A stretch of DNA of 50,109 bases from Shigella phage pSf-2. The DNA lies in sequence record KP085586; one strand, given 5' to 3'. Under the pieces are notes generated by a model, which ran no database searches, was not told the DNA's origin, and was given only the letters and a program-made list of their open reading frames with translations. A program made the translations under genes and the position numbers. Below are positions 1 through 8,259 of the stretch, piece after piece (within the stretch, counting starts at the first letter, position 1; each line of letters opens with the position of its first letter).

Positions 1-204
1 GATGTTATCACTGAGATCGCAAAGAAGAACAAAGGGCGCGCGCCTATTCATAGTATTGTTGCAAAGTGCCGGAACGTTACGCCGTTCAACGGTCAACAGA
101 AAGTATCTGAGCGAATCGACAGCCTTCTGATTACGCTCGAAGAGATGAACTACACTTGCCGCATTGATGATATTGTTTTCATCAATCCTCGACTGATGGG
201 TTAA
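1..204 (+). CDS. 3' end of a CDS entering from the window start (5' truncated); hypothetical, possibly the C-terminus of the P-loop protein at 48745..50109 if the molecule is circular
   Basis: Frame 1 open from nt 1 to TAA at 202-204 (...INPRLMG*); no start codon inside window. Confidence 0.4.
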   Translation, partial: DVITEIAKKNKGRAPIHSIVAKCRNVTPFNGQQKVSERIDSLLITLEEMNYTCRIDDIVFINPRLMG

Positions 205-208
205 TTAT

Positions 209-616
209 ATGCTTCTTCTTTTAGATCTGTTCAGGTTCTGCGAAGGTTACGACAAATACACTCGTCAGCACATAGCGAAATTTATATACGCCCACAAGGA
301 AAGTGAGCGATTTGCTAAGGCCGCCGGGATGACTCACCGTGAATTTACAAGCGCGCTATCTAAGGAGTTTTGCGCTCGTTGCGTTACTGATGGTTACTTG
401 GATCGTAAGGATGGATTTTACTGGTGCAAGGGAAAGATCAAGCGCCCGGTAATGATGAAGCTGATGTGTATTGATGGCTACAACAATCGATATACGTGGG
501 AAATGATGCATATTGGAGAAATGAGTGATGAGGAATTGTTTGGCGAACGTAGAAACGTTGATAGATCGGAACGTCGAATTGTGCGCAAGACTCCAGCTTA
601 CGAAAGAAGAATTTGA
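209..616 (+). CDS. hypothetical protein (3' part doubtful)
   Basis: 135-codon ORF; C-terminal 30 aa low complexity and overlapped by 528..728 in another frame. Confidence 0.3.
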   Translation: MLLLLDLFRFCEGYDKYTRQHIAKFIYAHKESERFAKAAGMTHREFTSALSKEFCARCVTDGYLDRKDGFYWCKGKIKRPVMMKLMCIDGYNNRYTWEMMHIGEMSDEELFGERRNVDRSERRIVRKTPAYERRI

Positions 617-728
617 ACAAGGATTGCTCAGTCTATTGCTTACTTCTATGAGGGCAAATAACGACAGTGAGCACAATCTTTGCGATCAGGAGGGCGAATT
701 ACTCCTCCATGTAAAAAGGCACAAATAA
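528..728 (+). CDS. hypothetical small protein
   Basis: ATG 528 with ggaga 8 nt upstream; ends at TAA just before terminator hairpin; overlaps 209..616. Confidence 0.35.
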   Translation: MRNCLANVETLIDRNVELCARLQLTKEEFEQGLLSLLLTSMRANNDSEHNLCDQEGELLLHVKRHK

Positions 729-731
729 GAA

Positions 732-754
732 AGGAGGCTAAGCCTCCTTTTTTT
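732..754. terminator. Rho-independent terminator (hairpin aggaggc-taa-gcctcct plus T8), between convergent genes
   Basis: 7-bp GC stem, 3-nt loop, T-run on + strand; stop of minus-strand spanin gene lies in the stem. Confidence 0.6.
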
Positions 755-1142
755 CGCCCTTACGAATTGAAAAATAAACCAGCAACAGACCAATGAGAAC
801 GAGGGTCCAACCAACTATAGGATCATACCAGTTTCCGGGCTTAGTCACAGTGATGCTTTCAGCGTTAACCGTGTTGGCCTGAATGGTTGACACTTCAATT
901 GACTTCTTCACGGAAGAGTCAACCTTTCCTACATTGGACTTTTCAACTTTAACATCTCGCTTATCTTCGGATTTTGCGGTTACTCCTGCTAATTGCTTTG
1001 TGTTCTCCTCCCCAATCTGTGCTGTAACTTCAGGCTTAGATCCTATTAAACCGCTCAGGGCAGATGCCGTCGAGCAACCTGATAGAGAAATAACACCAAC
1101 AGACACTACAATCGCAACGCACTTTTTCTTCAGTTTCATCAT
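738..1142 (-). CDS. unimolecular spanin-like lysis protein (OM lipoprotein with C-terminal TM anchor)
   Basis: N-terminal lipobox LSGC after signal peptide, C-terminal hydrophobic helix [13 protein letters not shown]; directly downstream of endolysin; architecture as in T1 u-spanin. Confidence 0.65.
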   Translation of the reverse strand: MMKLKKKCVAIVVSVGVISLSGCSTASALSGLIGSKPEVTAQIGEENTKQLAGVTAKSEDKRDVKVEKSNVGKVDSSVKKSIEVSTIQANTVNAESITVTKPGNWYDPIVGWTLVLIGLLLVYFSIRKGEKKEA

Positions 1143-1627
1143 AATTCCTTAACGCAATACGCGTATTCTTCAGCGCGTCTGTTCTTGAGTCCTCTAGACA
1201 CTTCGCGCTTTTTGGTTTTTGGGTTGTAGTAGTATACCCATCGCCATAACTGATTGCACGCTTCCCTGTGCTTACCCTGATTTATTAGCTTAAGCATTGT
1301 AGAAGATCCGAACGCGCCAGTACCAACGTTGAAAGTAAAGCTATACAATGACGCGCGCATCGTTACAGGAATATCAACATTCACCTTTTTGTCTACGTAT
1401 CTCTGAGCAACGCCGATGTGTTTTATCAACAAAGCATCGCATTCTCGCTTAGTGTATTTCTTACCAGGTATGACGTCCGGCCCGGTTATTCCGCTGCATA
1501 CGGTAGGGACTCCGGCGATATCGTAATAAACCTCGTATTCTACACCTTCGATTCGTTCCAGTAGGGTAGGCGTCAACGTCAAAGCTGCCCCGATCGATGC
1601 GCCTATAACGTTATTTTTTAAACTCAT
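1139..1627 (-). CDS. endolysin, GH24 phage lysozyme (possible SAR type)
   Basis: Catalytic E-x8-D-x5-T pattern ([22 protein letters not shown]); hydrophobic N-terminus; ATGA overlap with spanin gene. Confidence 0.8.
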   Translation of the reverse strand: MSLKNNVIGASIGAALTLTPTLLERIEGVEYEVYYDIAGVPTVCSGITGPDVIPGKKYTKRECDALLIKHIGVAQRYVDKKVNVDIPVTMRASLYSFTFNVGTGAFGSSTMLKLINQGKHREACNQLWRWVYYYNPKTKKREVSRGLKNRRAEEYAYCVKEL

Positions 1628-1842
1628 TATCTCCTCCTGATCTTAAGCGCCTTATTTAGATCGCCATCGTTTAACGCTTCCTGAATTGCCTTGCTATCGC
1701 GATACTTCCAGTACGCTCCCCAAGCGCCAAAAAGCAGAAAGCAAATGAATGTAGCGCCAGCAATATAAAGTTGACCTGTCGCCGCCCCCACCAACGAAGC
1801 ACCGCCCGTGCTTGACGTAGCTGCTGTTAAAAATTCTTTCAT
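1627..1842 (-). CDS. holin (start moved to internal ATG)
   Basis: 71 aa, one strong TM segment, charged C-terminus KALKIRRR; ggtgag SD 5 nt before ATG 1842; track start 1869 is TTG. Confidence 0.55.
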   Translation of the reverse strand: MKEFLTAATSSTGGASLVGAATGQLYIAGATFICFLLFGAWGAYWKYRDSKAIQEALNDGDLNKALKIRRR

Positions 1843-1979
1843 AATCTCACCATATATTTTTTTGAACAAGTGAGTCGATTTTAACCTTCAAATTTACTTG
1901 ATACAACGCAAAAAGGCCAGCATGTAAATCATGCCAGCCTGTAAGGTGATGAATGATATTGTTAATCTATCTCAATAAA

Positions 1980-2138
1980 TTACAGGTAGTAACCATTCAG
2001 AGGTGCTTGGATTACTGAGCCTCTACCGTCGTAAATCTCAAACAATCCCCAACCGAAATCATAACCAACACTATAGATCTGATTTACGCGGAATGGAAGT
2101 GTTTTGGAGTTATTTCGGATGCACTTAACTCGTTTCAT
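1980..2138 (-). CDS. hypothetical small protein (52 aa, not in ORF track)
   Basis: aaagagg SD before ATG 2138; sits 57 nt downstream of motif copy 2196..2213 with tatagt box. Confidence 0.35.
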   Translation of the reverse strand: MKRVKCIRNNSKTLPFRVNQIYSVGYDFGWGLFEIYDGRGSVIQAPLNGYYL

Positions 2139-2195
2139 GATATGTAGCCTCTTTGTTTTTGATGTTGTTACTATACCCGAATCCCTTCGGGCGTT

Positions 2196-2213
2196 TTTAT
2201 CAATTAGTGCGAT
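2196..2213 (-). promoter_or_regulatory. degenerate copy of 18-bp dyad motif (tttatcaattagtgcgat on + strand)
   Basis: 15/18 match to tttagcaattcgtgctat; tatagt 22 nt downstream on minus strand. Confidence 0.4.
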
Positions 2214-3355
2214 CCTGTCATTTCTGGACGGTAGATGAATCGACCTATCTCACCAAATTGCTTGTCGTAAACGATTACCGCCGCCTGACGATATGAGCGC
2301 CACCCGCCGCGCGCGGCGTATGCATCCTTCGCTCCTAACTGACCGTGAACCTCATCGATACCTAACGAGTGTTCAGTGATTGTCTGATGATGCCAGTGAC
2401 CGCTATGAGTATACACATACTTGCTCTCTCCGAAGTCTGCACGGAAGTCTGCCGCCATCGCTGCAAGTCGCGTGTCTGCCTTTTTCATAGTGTGCCCGTG
2501 AGTGTATCCCAATAAGGTGTTTCCCCATCGAGTCTTATGCAGAATCATAGGGCTAACGTCAACGAATACTCGCGGCTCGTCTTCATAATATGCCGACATT
2601 GCAGCACGTAGCCAAATCATCCCGGCCTGGTCGTGGTTCCCTTCAATAATCTGAACCTCGACTTCTTTGTGTTTCATAAGCATTTTGTCGATAGCGCGAC
2701 GCACAGAACGGATCGCAACATGCACCAATTTTGCGTATCGTGAATCCTGATCCAGAACGTGACCGCTTGCCGGGGTAACAGCATCAAGACCGTCCGAGTG
2801 AAGGAAGTCACCGCCAATTAACAGAACAGCCTTCTCTGCGTTAGGGGCAATATCGATCGCGTAATTGAAGAAGTCGCCAAGCACTTTTTCAGCTACGTCG
2901 GTAGAGTAGTTCTCTCCGCATTCATGCTTGTGAGCAAGCGCACCAATATGAAGATCGAATACCGGATAGAGTGCCAGCTTACCAATCTCTGTCGTAAGCC
3001 CTTGCGAGGTTAGTAGCTCGGTTGGCTTTGCTCGCGGCAGGTCTTCACAGAATGCAATACGCGCCGCTTCCATCATTGCCGCAATCTTCTCACGGTCCTG
3101 ATCGGTTTTTACCCAGCGCACTACCTCGGTCCCATCGCCGCGAATCATCGTCGACGTGCCTTTTACCATGAATCCCTCTGGCACGTTTTTAGCAACATGC
3201 TCGTTACCGTGAAAATGACCTTCTTTTGCCAGCTTTGCATGGCGCGCTTCAACAGTGCGAATGTGCATACCGTATTTTTCCGCGATTTCGCGAAGTGTTA
3301 GGCCGCTCATGCGCTCTTCAATAAGTTGCTCGGTGGTGATTTTAGCTTGTGACAT
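2204..3355 (-). CDS. HTH domain fused to calcineurin-like metallophosphoesterase
   Basis: N-terminal HTH (LTLREIAEKYGMHIRTV); phosphoesterase motifs FDLHIG, GGDFLHSDG, EGNHD, GYTHGH, HSGHWHH. Confidence 0.75.
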   Translation of the reverse strand: MSQAKITTEQLIEERMSGLTLREIAEKYGMHIRTVEARHAKLAKEGHFHGNEHVAKNVPEGFMVKGTSTMIRGDGTEVVRWVKTDQDREKIAAMMEAARIAFCEDLPRAKPTELLTSQGLTTEIGKLALYPVFDLHIGALAHKHECGENYSTDVAEKVLGDFFNYAIDIAPNAEKAVLLIGGDFLHSDGLDAVTPASGHVLDQDSRYAKLVHVAIRSVRRAIDKMLMKHKEVEVQIIEGNHDQAGMIWLRAAMSAYYEDEPRVFVDVSPMILHKTRWGNTLLGYTHGHTMKKADTRLAAMAADFRADFGESKYVYTHSGHWHHQTITEHSLGIDEVHGQLGAKDAYAARGGWRSYRQAAVIVYDKQFGEIGRFIYRPEMTGSH

Positions 3356-3433
3356 ATTTTAATCCTTACATGATAATGAAATACATTACTGAAAATGAAA
3401 TTAGCGGTGTTAATACTACAGCAAAATAAAGTT

Positions 3434-3835
3434 TCATGCCACAGCCTTTAACCAGAATCCTAGATCCGAAGATTTAAACTCAACAAGTTTTCCGTCAACC
3501 TCAAGCATCATACTGTTTCTGCCTGGTGAGTAGTAACCTATATGCAACTCCTGCTCAATGCCGATAGTGCAAAGCACATTAACAAAGTCAGGTGGCAACC
3601 AGTCAGAGAAAGGGATTTGTTTAACCTGCCTTTTCCCGATCCATATTGTCTGGTAGTAATCTGAGTTAATATTTAAGCCTGGAAGGCTTGTTGCTCTTTG
3701 CGTTCTTTCGTTCTCGCTCAATTCTCTTTCCTTCTTCACGATAAAACTCAAGTGACGGGGTTGCTGGCACTCTATGCATTTTTCTCGGCATATCTTCCAT
3801 AAATGAAATCTTTCCGTTTGATATAATGCTAACAT
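3434..3835 (-). CDS. hypothetical protein; likely 3' part of a gene split by a frameshift
   Basis: 133-codon ORF overlapping 3666..3938 by 170 nt in +1 frame; A/T homopolymer near 3779-3783. Confidence 0.3.
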   Translation of the reverse strand: MLALYQTERFHLWKICREKCIECQQPRHLSFIVKKERELSENERTQRATSLPGLNINSDYYQTIWIGKRQVKQIPFSDWLPPDFVNVLCTIGIEQELHIGYYSPGRNSMMLEVDGKLVEFKSSDLGFWLKAVA

Positions 3836-3938
3836 CCTTTATATCGAAATATTTTGCTATTAGTGCTATATCGTCTGATATTCCGCATTCCTTTGCGTGC
3901 TCCCAAACCTCTCGTTTACCTTGTTTTTTTATCAGCAT
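3666..3938 (-). CDS. hypothetical protein; likely 5' part of the same split gene
   Basis: 90-codon ORF; C-terminal half low complexity as expected after a frameshift. Confidence 0.3.
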   Translation of the reverse strand: MLIKKQGKREVWEHAKECGISDDIALIAKYFDIKDVSIISNGKISFMEDMPRKMHRVPATPSLEFYREEGKRIERERKNAKSNKPSRLKY

Positions 3939-4125
3939 TGGTTAGTTTCTCCACGCTTTCAATAAAACACTCAACATCTTTGACTGAGCATAGGTAATAA
4001 GCCATTTTAAGGAAGTTCATAGCAATATCCCAATCAAAGTTACCGCCTTTCTTGTTGGTGATATGAACAGCCATTTTTGCTGACTGTTGAGCGATATTGA
4101 AAAAGTTTGCGTTAATGCGTGACAT
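3916..4125 (-). CDS. hypothetical protein (start moved to internal ATG)
   Basis: aggaa SD 7 nt before ATG 4125; 59 nt downstream of motif 4184..4201. Confidence 0.45.
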   Translation of the reverse strand: MSRINANFFNIAQQSAKMAVHITNKKGGNFDWDIAMNFLKMAYYLCSVKDVECFIESVEKLTNADKKTR

Positions 4126-4183
4126 CTTTTTATTCCTCATCTTGTCTCAATGAAATAACTATACCCGACTTTCGCCGGGTATT

Positions 4184-4201
4184 TTTAGCAATTAGTGCTG
4201 A
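4184..4201 (-). promoter_or_regulatory. 18-bp dyad motif copy (tttagcaattagtgctga on + strand)
   Basis: Overlaps stop of 4192..4443; on minus strand followed after 22 nt by tatagt. Confidence 0.6.
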
Positions 4202-4443
4202 ACGATCGTATCTGCTTTAAGTTCCTCTACGTCTTTCTGGATAATTGAAGGCCAATTCTCGATATGTTCATTTTTTATCTCATCGAAAGACATATCAAGA
4301 GAACTAGTGAAATCCCACAGATCACAACCAATAACATCCTGAGTCAATCCGTTTCGCTCCATAATTTCGCAGCACGTAGCTCGATAAAGTAGCCATAAAC
4401 CTTGATCAGTTAACTTAACAGGAATCATTTTCTCGTTCATCAT
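4192..4443 (-). CDS. hypothetical protein
   Basis: 83-codon ORF, ATGA overlap with upstream methyltransferase gene. Confidence 0.5.
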   Translation of the reverse strand: MMNEKMIPVKLTDQGLWLLYRATCCEIMERNGLTQDVIGCDLWDFTSSLDMSFDEIKNEHIENWPSIIQKDVEELKADTIVQH

Positions 4444-5153
4444 ACTTTCCTTACTTTTGCGCGCTTGTTTTTAACCGAAGGGCAAATGCTTGTGATTGGG
4501 ATATAGTGAGTCTGTTGAACCTCACCCTCTTTCAGTTCGCGCATAATGAAAATTACCGAACCTTTGTTATTACCATCAACGGCCTTCCCGGTTTCACCTG
4601 ATATGAACGCCAGGCGACCGGATCGGGCGTACTCGTTCCCGTCGATATCCTCCGTCAAATCCGCTTCAATCCAGATAATCTCAGCCGCGTGCTGTCGCGC
4701 CTCAGTAAACCACGCTGTAGAATTATCGGCAGGCAACAGAATATCAATCTGGTTGTTGTGCTCCATTTGCTCGATCGCCTTCTTGACGAATATATCAGGT
4801 CGACTATAAGGAGGATTTAACCACACATGCTTATTTTTACCCCACCAACGTTTTAAGCAGTTTGTTTCCTGAGAATAGAACTTCTCGCAAACTTTATTTT
4901 CTTCACTTGCCGCAGCGTCGAGATCATATTTTCCATAGCGCCCCTCAAGGTATGCAATAACCTCTCGTGGAGTTGACCATAAATCACGAACTGCGTCAGG
5001 GGTATTTGTTCCCTTGTATCGACGCCCTGAAATCTCTTTGCAGGTTGGCGTTTTTAGCGCCTGATAATAACAGCCTGATGCTATTGCTTCGCGAGTGAAT
5101 GAGCAACCAGTATCTGCAAAGTCGATGGTTTCAATATCATTGAAGTCTTTCAT
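4440..5153 (-). CDS. DNA N6-adenine methyltransferase (Dam-like)
   Basis: NPPY catalytic motif (VWLNPPYSRPDIF); size and position as phage Dam. Confidence 0.8.
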   Translation of the reverse strand: MKDFNDIETIDFADTGCSFTREAIASGCYYQALKTPTCKEISGRRYKGTNTPDAVRDLWSTPREVIAYLEGRYGKYDLDAAASEENKVCEKFYSQETNCLKRWWGKNKHVWLNPPYSRPDIFVKKAIEQMEHNNQIDILLPADNSTAWFTEARQHAAEIIWIEADLTEDIDGNEYARSGRLAFISGETGKAVDGNNKGSVIFIMRELKEGEVQQTHYIPITSICPSVKNKRAKVRKV

Positions 5154-5206
5154 TTTTAGTCCTCTCGTTTTGGTGAAATAATAATGCCAGATTCCATTCC
5201 GGCAGT

Positions 5207-5224
5207 TTTAACAAAAAGTGCTAT
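5207..5224 (-). promoter_or_regulatory. 18-bp dyad motif copy (tttaacaaaaagtgctat on + strand)
   Basis: Overlaps TAG stop of 5221..5637; minus strand: 22 nt then cattat, then leader shared with copy at 45967. Confidence 0.65.
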
Positions 5225-5637
5225 TTCATCATTTCGTAAATTGCGATCTTGAATTGCTCAAATCCGTAAGCCACCGCAGAGAATCCACCGCGTTCGCGAA
5301 CCTTACGGAGAAATTCCTTTTGCTTATCGCTGACTGGCGATGCCTTTCCTTTGCCGGACTTATTACCCCGCTTGAGTTCTATTGCTGCAAACGGGTATCG
5401 TGAGTTGACACCAATCAGGATAACGAAGTCTGACACGCCTTTAAGTAATCCGGCTTGCTCATCCCTGAGCGCCGATGTGATTGTTTTTCCACCTTCATTG
5501 ACAGTGTGCCAAAATAGAAGGTGAGGAAAATTGTATTTCAGCCAGGACACGCAATCCACCTGATGAGCATCCTCCTTTCGAGTATCGCTGGGATCTCGCT
5601 CGTAAAACTCTAAATAATCACCTTTGTCTGTAATCAT
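5221..5637 (-). CDS. VRR-NUC domain nuclease
   Basis: C-terminal pattern DFVILIG...AIELKRG...SDKQKEFL typical of VRR-NUC fold. Confidence 0.7.
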   Translation of the reverse strand: MITDKGDYLEFYERDPSDTRKEDAHQVDCVSWLKYNFPHLLFWHTVNEGGKTITSALRDEQAGLLKGVSDFVILIGVNSRYPFAAIELKRGNKSGKGKASPVSDKQKEFLRKVRERGGFSAVAYGFEQFKIAIYEMMK

Positions 5638-7652
5638 TCCGGGATATCCTCCATACCGAAGTCTTTGCGTGAAATAATATCTTCTTTCTTCTGGTTGCGT
5701 CGATGAGTTACGCGCACCGGGTGAGCAATATGATGTGAGTACTGCACGATCTTGATTGCGTTCTTCATTCCGATAAAGTAGCGACGCATTTTAGGATCTG
5801 ACACATGAGGCAATACGCCCTTCGTTTTCCATAGCGTACCGCAAATCTTAGAGTCGGACTCAGGGAAGAATTTTTCATACGCCTTGAACTCATCACCATC
5901 ATCGTTAATCAGCGTGTATTTGTATATCACGCCCTTTTGGTTTTTGGTTAGCGTTACCTCAAAATTCTTGACCTCATACCAGTCATTCTTGGTGTACGCC
6001 TTGCCGGACAATTTCAGGTTAGGATCGACAAGTGACACATCACAGCAACGACAAACTCGGGCGACAACGTCATTCTCGGCACCACATCCTTTAACAAGAA
6101 TTTTCCCGGTTCGCTCATCAACCTGGTCCTCGCAAATCTGAGAAATCCAGAAGTGATCGCATCTCTCACCGTCTATAACGTTAACGCATCGGCGAGCGTA
6201 GAAGCTATTAACGCAACCACACTTAGGACACGTTTTCGGGTCTTTGCCGTTTTCAAAACGCTTCTGGAATTGCGCCTGCTCAAGTATCGGATCGAAATAA
6301 AGCTGACCCAACTCATCCATCGTACCTGCGAAATCCCATACCAGATGGTCCTGCTTAACCATTCCCTCAGCAACCTGCCAAGATTTAAGCAGACGCATAC
6401 CCCTACCCAAAAGTTGAATTAACAGTGTGAGCGACCCTATTTTGCGGAGTATGACACTGAAATCCCAATTTGGAACGTTAACACCAGTAGTGAGCGCCAT
6501 TACCTGAAAGGTGTATTTAATTTTTCCGGCCCTTACATCGTCAAGAATCTTCTTGCGCGCTTTGTTGTCTGTGTCGCCAGTGATGATTGCATAGGTACTT
6601 CCCGGAGGAAGTGCCGCCGCCGCCTCTTTGCAGTGACGCACCCCGGCGCATGTAATCAGTACCGCGTTACGCTCTTCAGCCTTTTTGGCAACCATTTGCA
6701 TGATTCGCTGAGTAAGAGATTTATCATGAAGGATCTCATCTTCCATTGCCTTCATATCTTTCTCTGTAAAGTCCTGTACCCCATCCTCGCTTGACGCCTT
6801 GAATTTATCAAGATCGTAGTGAACTCCGTCCGTCGAACCGAATATAGTCGGCACAACAGAACCGAACTCAATAAGATAATTTGTGTCAATATCAGTCACG
6901 CGCTCACGCCAGAATCCAAGCGCTTTCGGATTCTCTACCAGAATAGGAACTACGCCCCGAAATTCAGATCCAGTCATACCAAATATTCTGAGATCGTGAC
7001 CGTGAACCTTTTTACAGCGCCGCATCATTTCCATGATTACGATCGTGTACTGGCTTCGCTTAGTTCCAAGTAAAGGTTTCCCGTCATTACCAATCAGAGG
7101 AATATCCCCGTCCATAATAACTTTCCCTTTCTCGCCCTTCATCTGCTCCATCGTTTCCTTTCCTTCGATGGCTTGCGCAAGATCTTCCCAATCCACCTGG
7201 TGACATTCGTCGATCCCAATTACATGCGGGACAAAATCAGCCAACTCATTATCGAGGCCATTTGCAACCGTACCCTCAGAGCCAACCACGATCGGAAAAT
7301 AGCAGGACTTAATGCCCAATGAGGCTGAGAATATGGAGTTAGTTACCCCGAAATTGTCAATCTCCTCACTATCCTGATCGACAATCTCACCCTGGCGAGC
7401 CAGAACGAGCATTTTTAATCCCATTTTCTGACACTGCTTTGCAACCATAGCAAAAATGATAGTCTTACCAGCAGATACTGACGCTTTAACAAAGAATGGG
7501 TGCTCGTAATTTGATAGGCGTTTCGCGATCTCGGTATAAGCAACAACCTGGTACGGATAAGGAACAACCTCACCAACAGTAAATCGCTCCTGAGTTCGCT
7601 TTATGTAGTCCTCGCCAAGTAATGCAATCTGCTTTTTAATGTTCATTGTCAC
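5634..7652 (-). CDS. SF2 DEAD/DEAH-type DNA helicase with C-terminal Cys cluster
   Basis: Walker A SAGKTI, motif II GIDECHQ, motif VI-like LLGRGMRL, CPKCGC...C zinc cluster. Confidence 0.75.
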   Translation of the reverse strand: MTMNIKKQIALLGEDYIKRTQERFTVGEVVPYPYQVVAYTEIAKRLSNYEHPFFVKASVSAGKTIIFAMVAKQCQKMGLKMLVLARQGEIVDQDSEEIDNFGVTNSIFSASLGIKSCYFPIVVGSEGTVANGLDNELADFVPHVIGIDECHQVDWEDLAQAIEGKETMEQMKGEKGKVIMDGDIPLIGNDGKPLLGTKRSQYTIVIMEMMRRCKKVHGHDLRIFGMTGSEFRGVVPILVENPKALGFWRERVTDIDTNYLIEFGSVVPTIFGSTDGVHYDLDKFKASSEDGVQDFTEKDMKAMEDEILHDKSLTQRIMQMVAKKAEERNAVLITCAGVRHCKEAAAALPPGSTYAIITGDTDNKARKKILDDVRAGKIKYTFQVMALTTGVNVPNWDFSVILRKIGSLTLLIQLLGRGMRLLKSWQVAEGMVKQDHLVWDFAGTMDELGQLYFDPILEQAQFQKRFENGKDPKTCPKCGCVNSFYARRCVNVIDGERCDHFWISQICEDQVDERTGKILVKGCGAENDVVARVCRCCDVSLVDPNLKLSGKAYTKNDWYEVKNFEVTLTKNQKGVIYKYTLINDDGDEFKAYEKFFPESDSKICGTLWKTKGVLPHVSDPKMRRYFIGMKNAIKIVQYSHHIAHPVRVTHRRNQKKEDIISRKDFGMEDIPE

Positions 7653-7715
7653 GTCTATTAATCCTTTGAATCGTTGTAACGTTTACGCTATAATACACGG
7701 CATACAGTAAACGTT

Positions 7716-7733
7716 TTTAGCAAAAAGTGCTAT
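7716..7733 (-). promoter_or_regulatory. 18-bp dyad motif copy (tttagcaaaaagtgctat on + strand)
   Basis: Minus strand: 22 nt then tattat upstream of helicase start; abuts SD of + gene 7746. Confidence 0.65.
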
Positions 7734-7745
7734 AGGAGAATCAAG

Positions 7746-8198
7746 ATGAGTATTCAACGTATCGCAGAGTCAACTGGTGAAATCGATAAACGTCACATCA
7801 ATGGTAACAACGGAACACGACGCGGTAAAGACAAAAAGCCACGACAGCGCTGCGGCTTCTATATTCATAAAGAAGAAACACGCGCCGGATTGCGAGCGCG
7901 ACTTGATGCGCTTATCGAATATTATGGTGGCCCTGCGGCCTGCGCAAAAGCTCTAAAGGTTAGCAATCAGACGGTGCAAGGCTGGAAAGAACGCAACATG
8001 ATTTCGTGGCAAGGTGCTGAAGCTGCGCATCGTGCTTACCGACGACAGGGGTGTAAAGGATTTCGTGCCGCATGGTTGCGATTCGACCTGAAGTTTGACG
8101 GTAACGGCAAGTGCCTTGAGAAGCGATGCAAGAACAAGAAATTTATGCGCGTCGTGAAGAAGGAAGATATCGGGACGACCAATAGCATTTTTAGTTAA
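7746..8198 (+). CDS. HTH DNA-binding protein (candidate transcription regulator)
   Basis: aggaga SD; Cro/CI-like HTH segment CAKALKVSNQTVQGW; basic protein. Confidence 0.55.
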   Translation: MSIQRIAESTGEIDKRHINGNNGTRRGKDKKPRQRCGFYIHKEETRAGLRARLDALIEYYGGPAACAKALKVSNQTVQGWKERNMISWQGAEAAHRAYRRQGCKGFRAAWLRFDLKFDGNGKCLEKRCKNKKFMRVVKKEDIGTTNSIFS

Positions 8199-8199
8199 A
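8182..8199 (+). promoter_or_regulatory. degenerate copy of 18-bp dyad motif (atagcatttttagttaaa)
   Basis: Overlaps TAA stop of 7746..8198; no -10 at 22 bp. Confidence 0.3.
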
Positions 8200-8204
8200 A
8201 CAAA

Positions 8205-8247
8205 CGACGCGTAGCGGGTTAACATCCTTCTACGCGTTTTTTATTTT
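8205..8247 (+). terminator. Rho-independent terminator
   Basis: Stem gcgtag/ctacgc with long loop, then ttttttatttt. Confidence 0.5.
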
Positions 8248-8259
8248 GGAGATCTGGAA

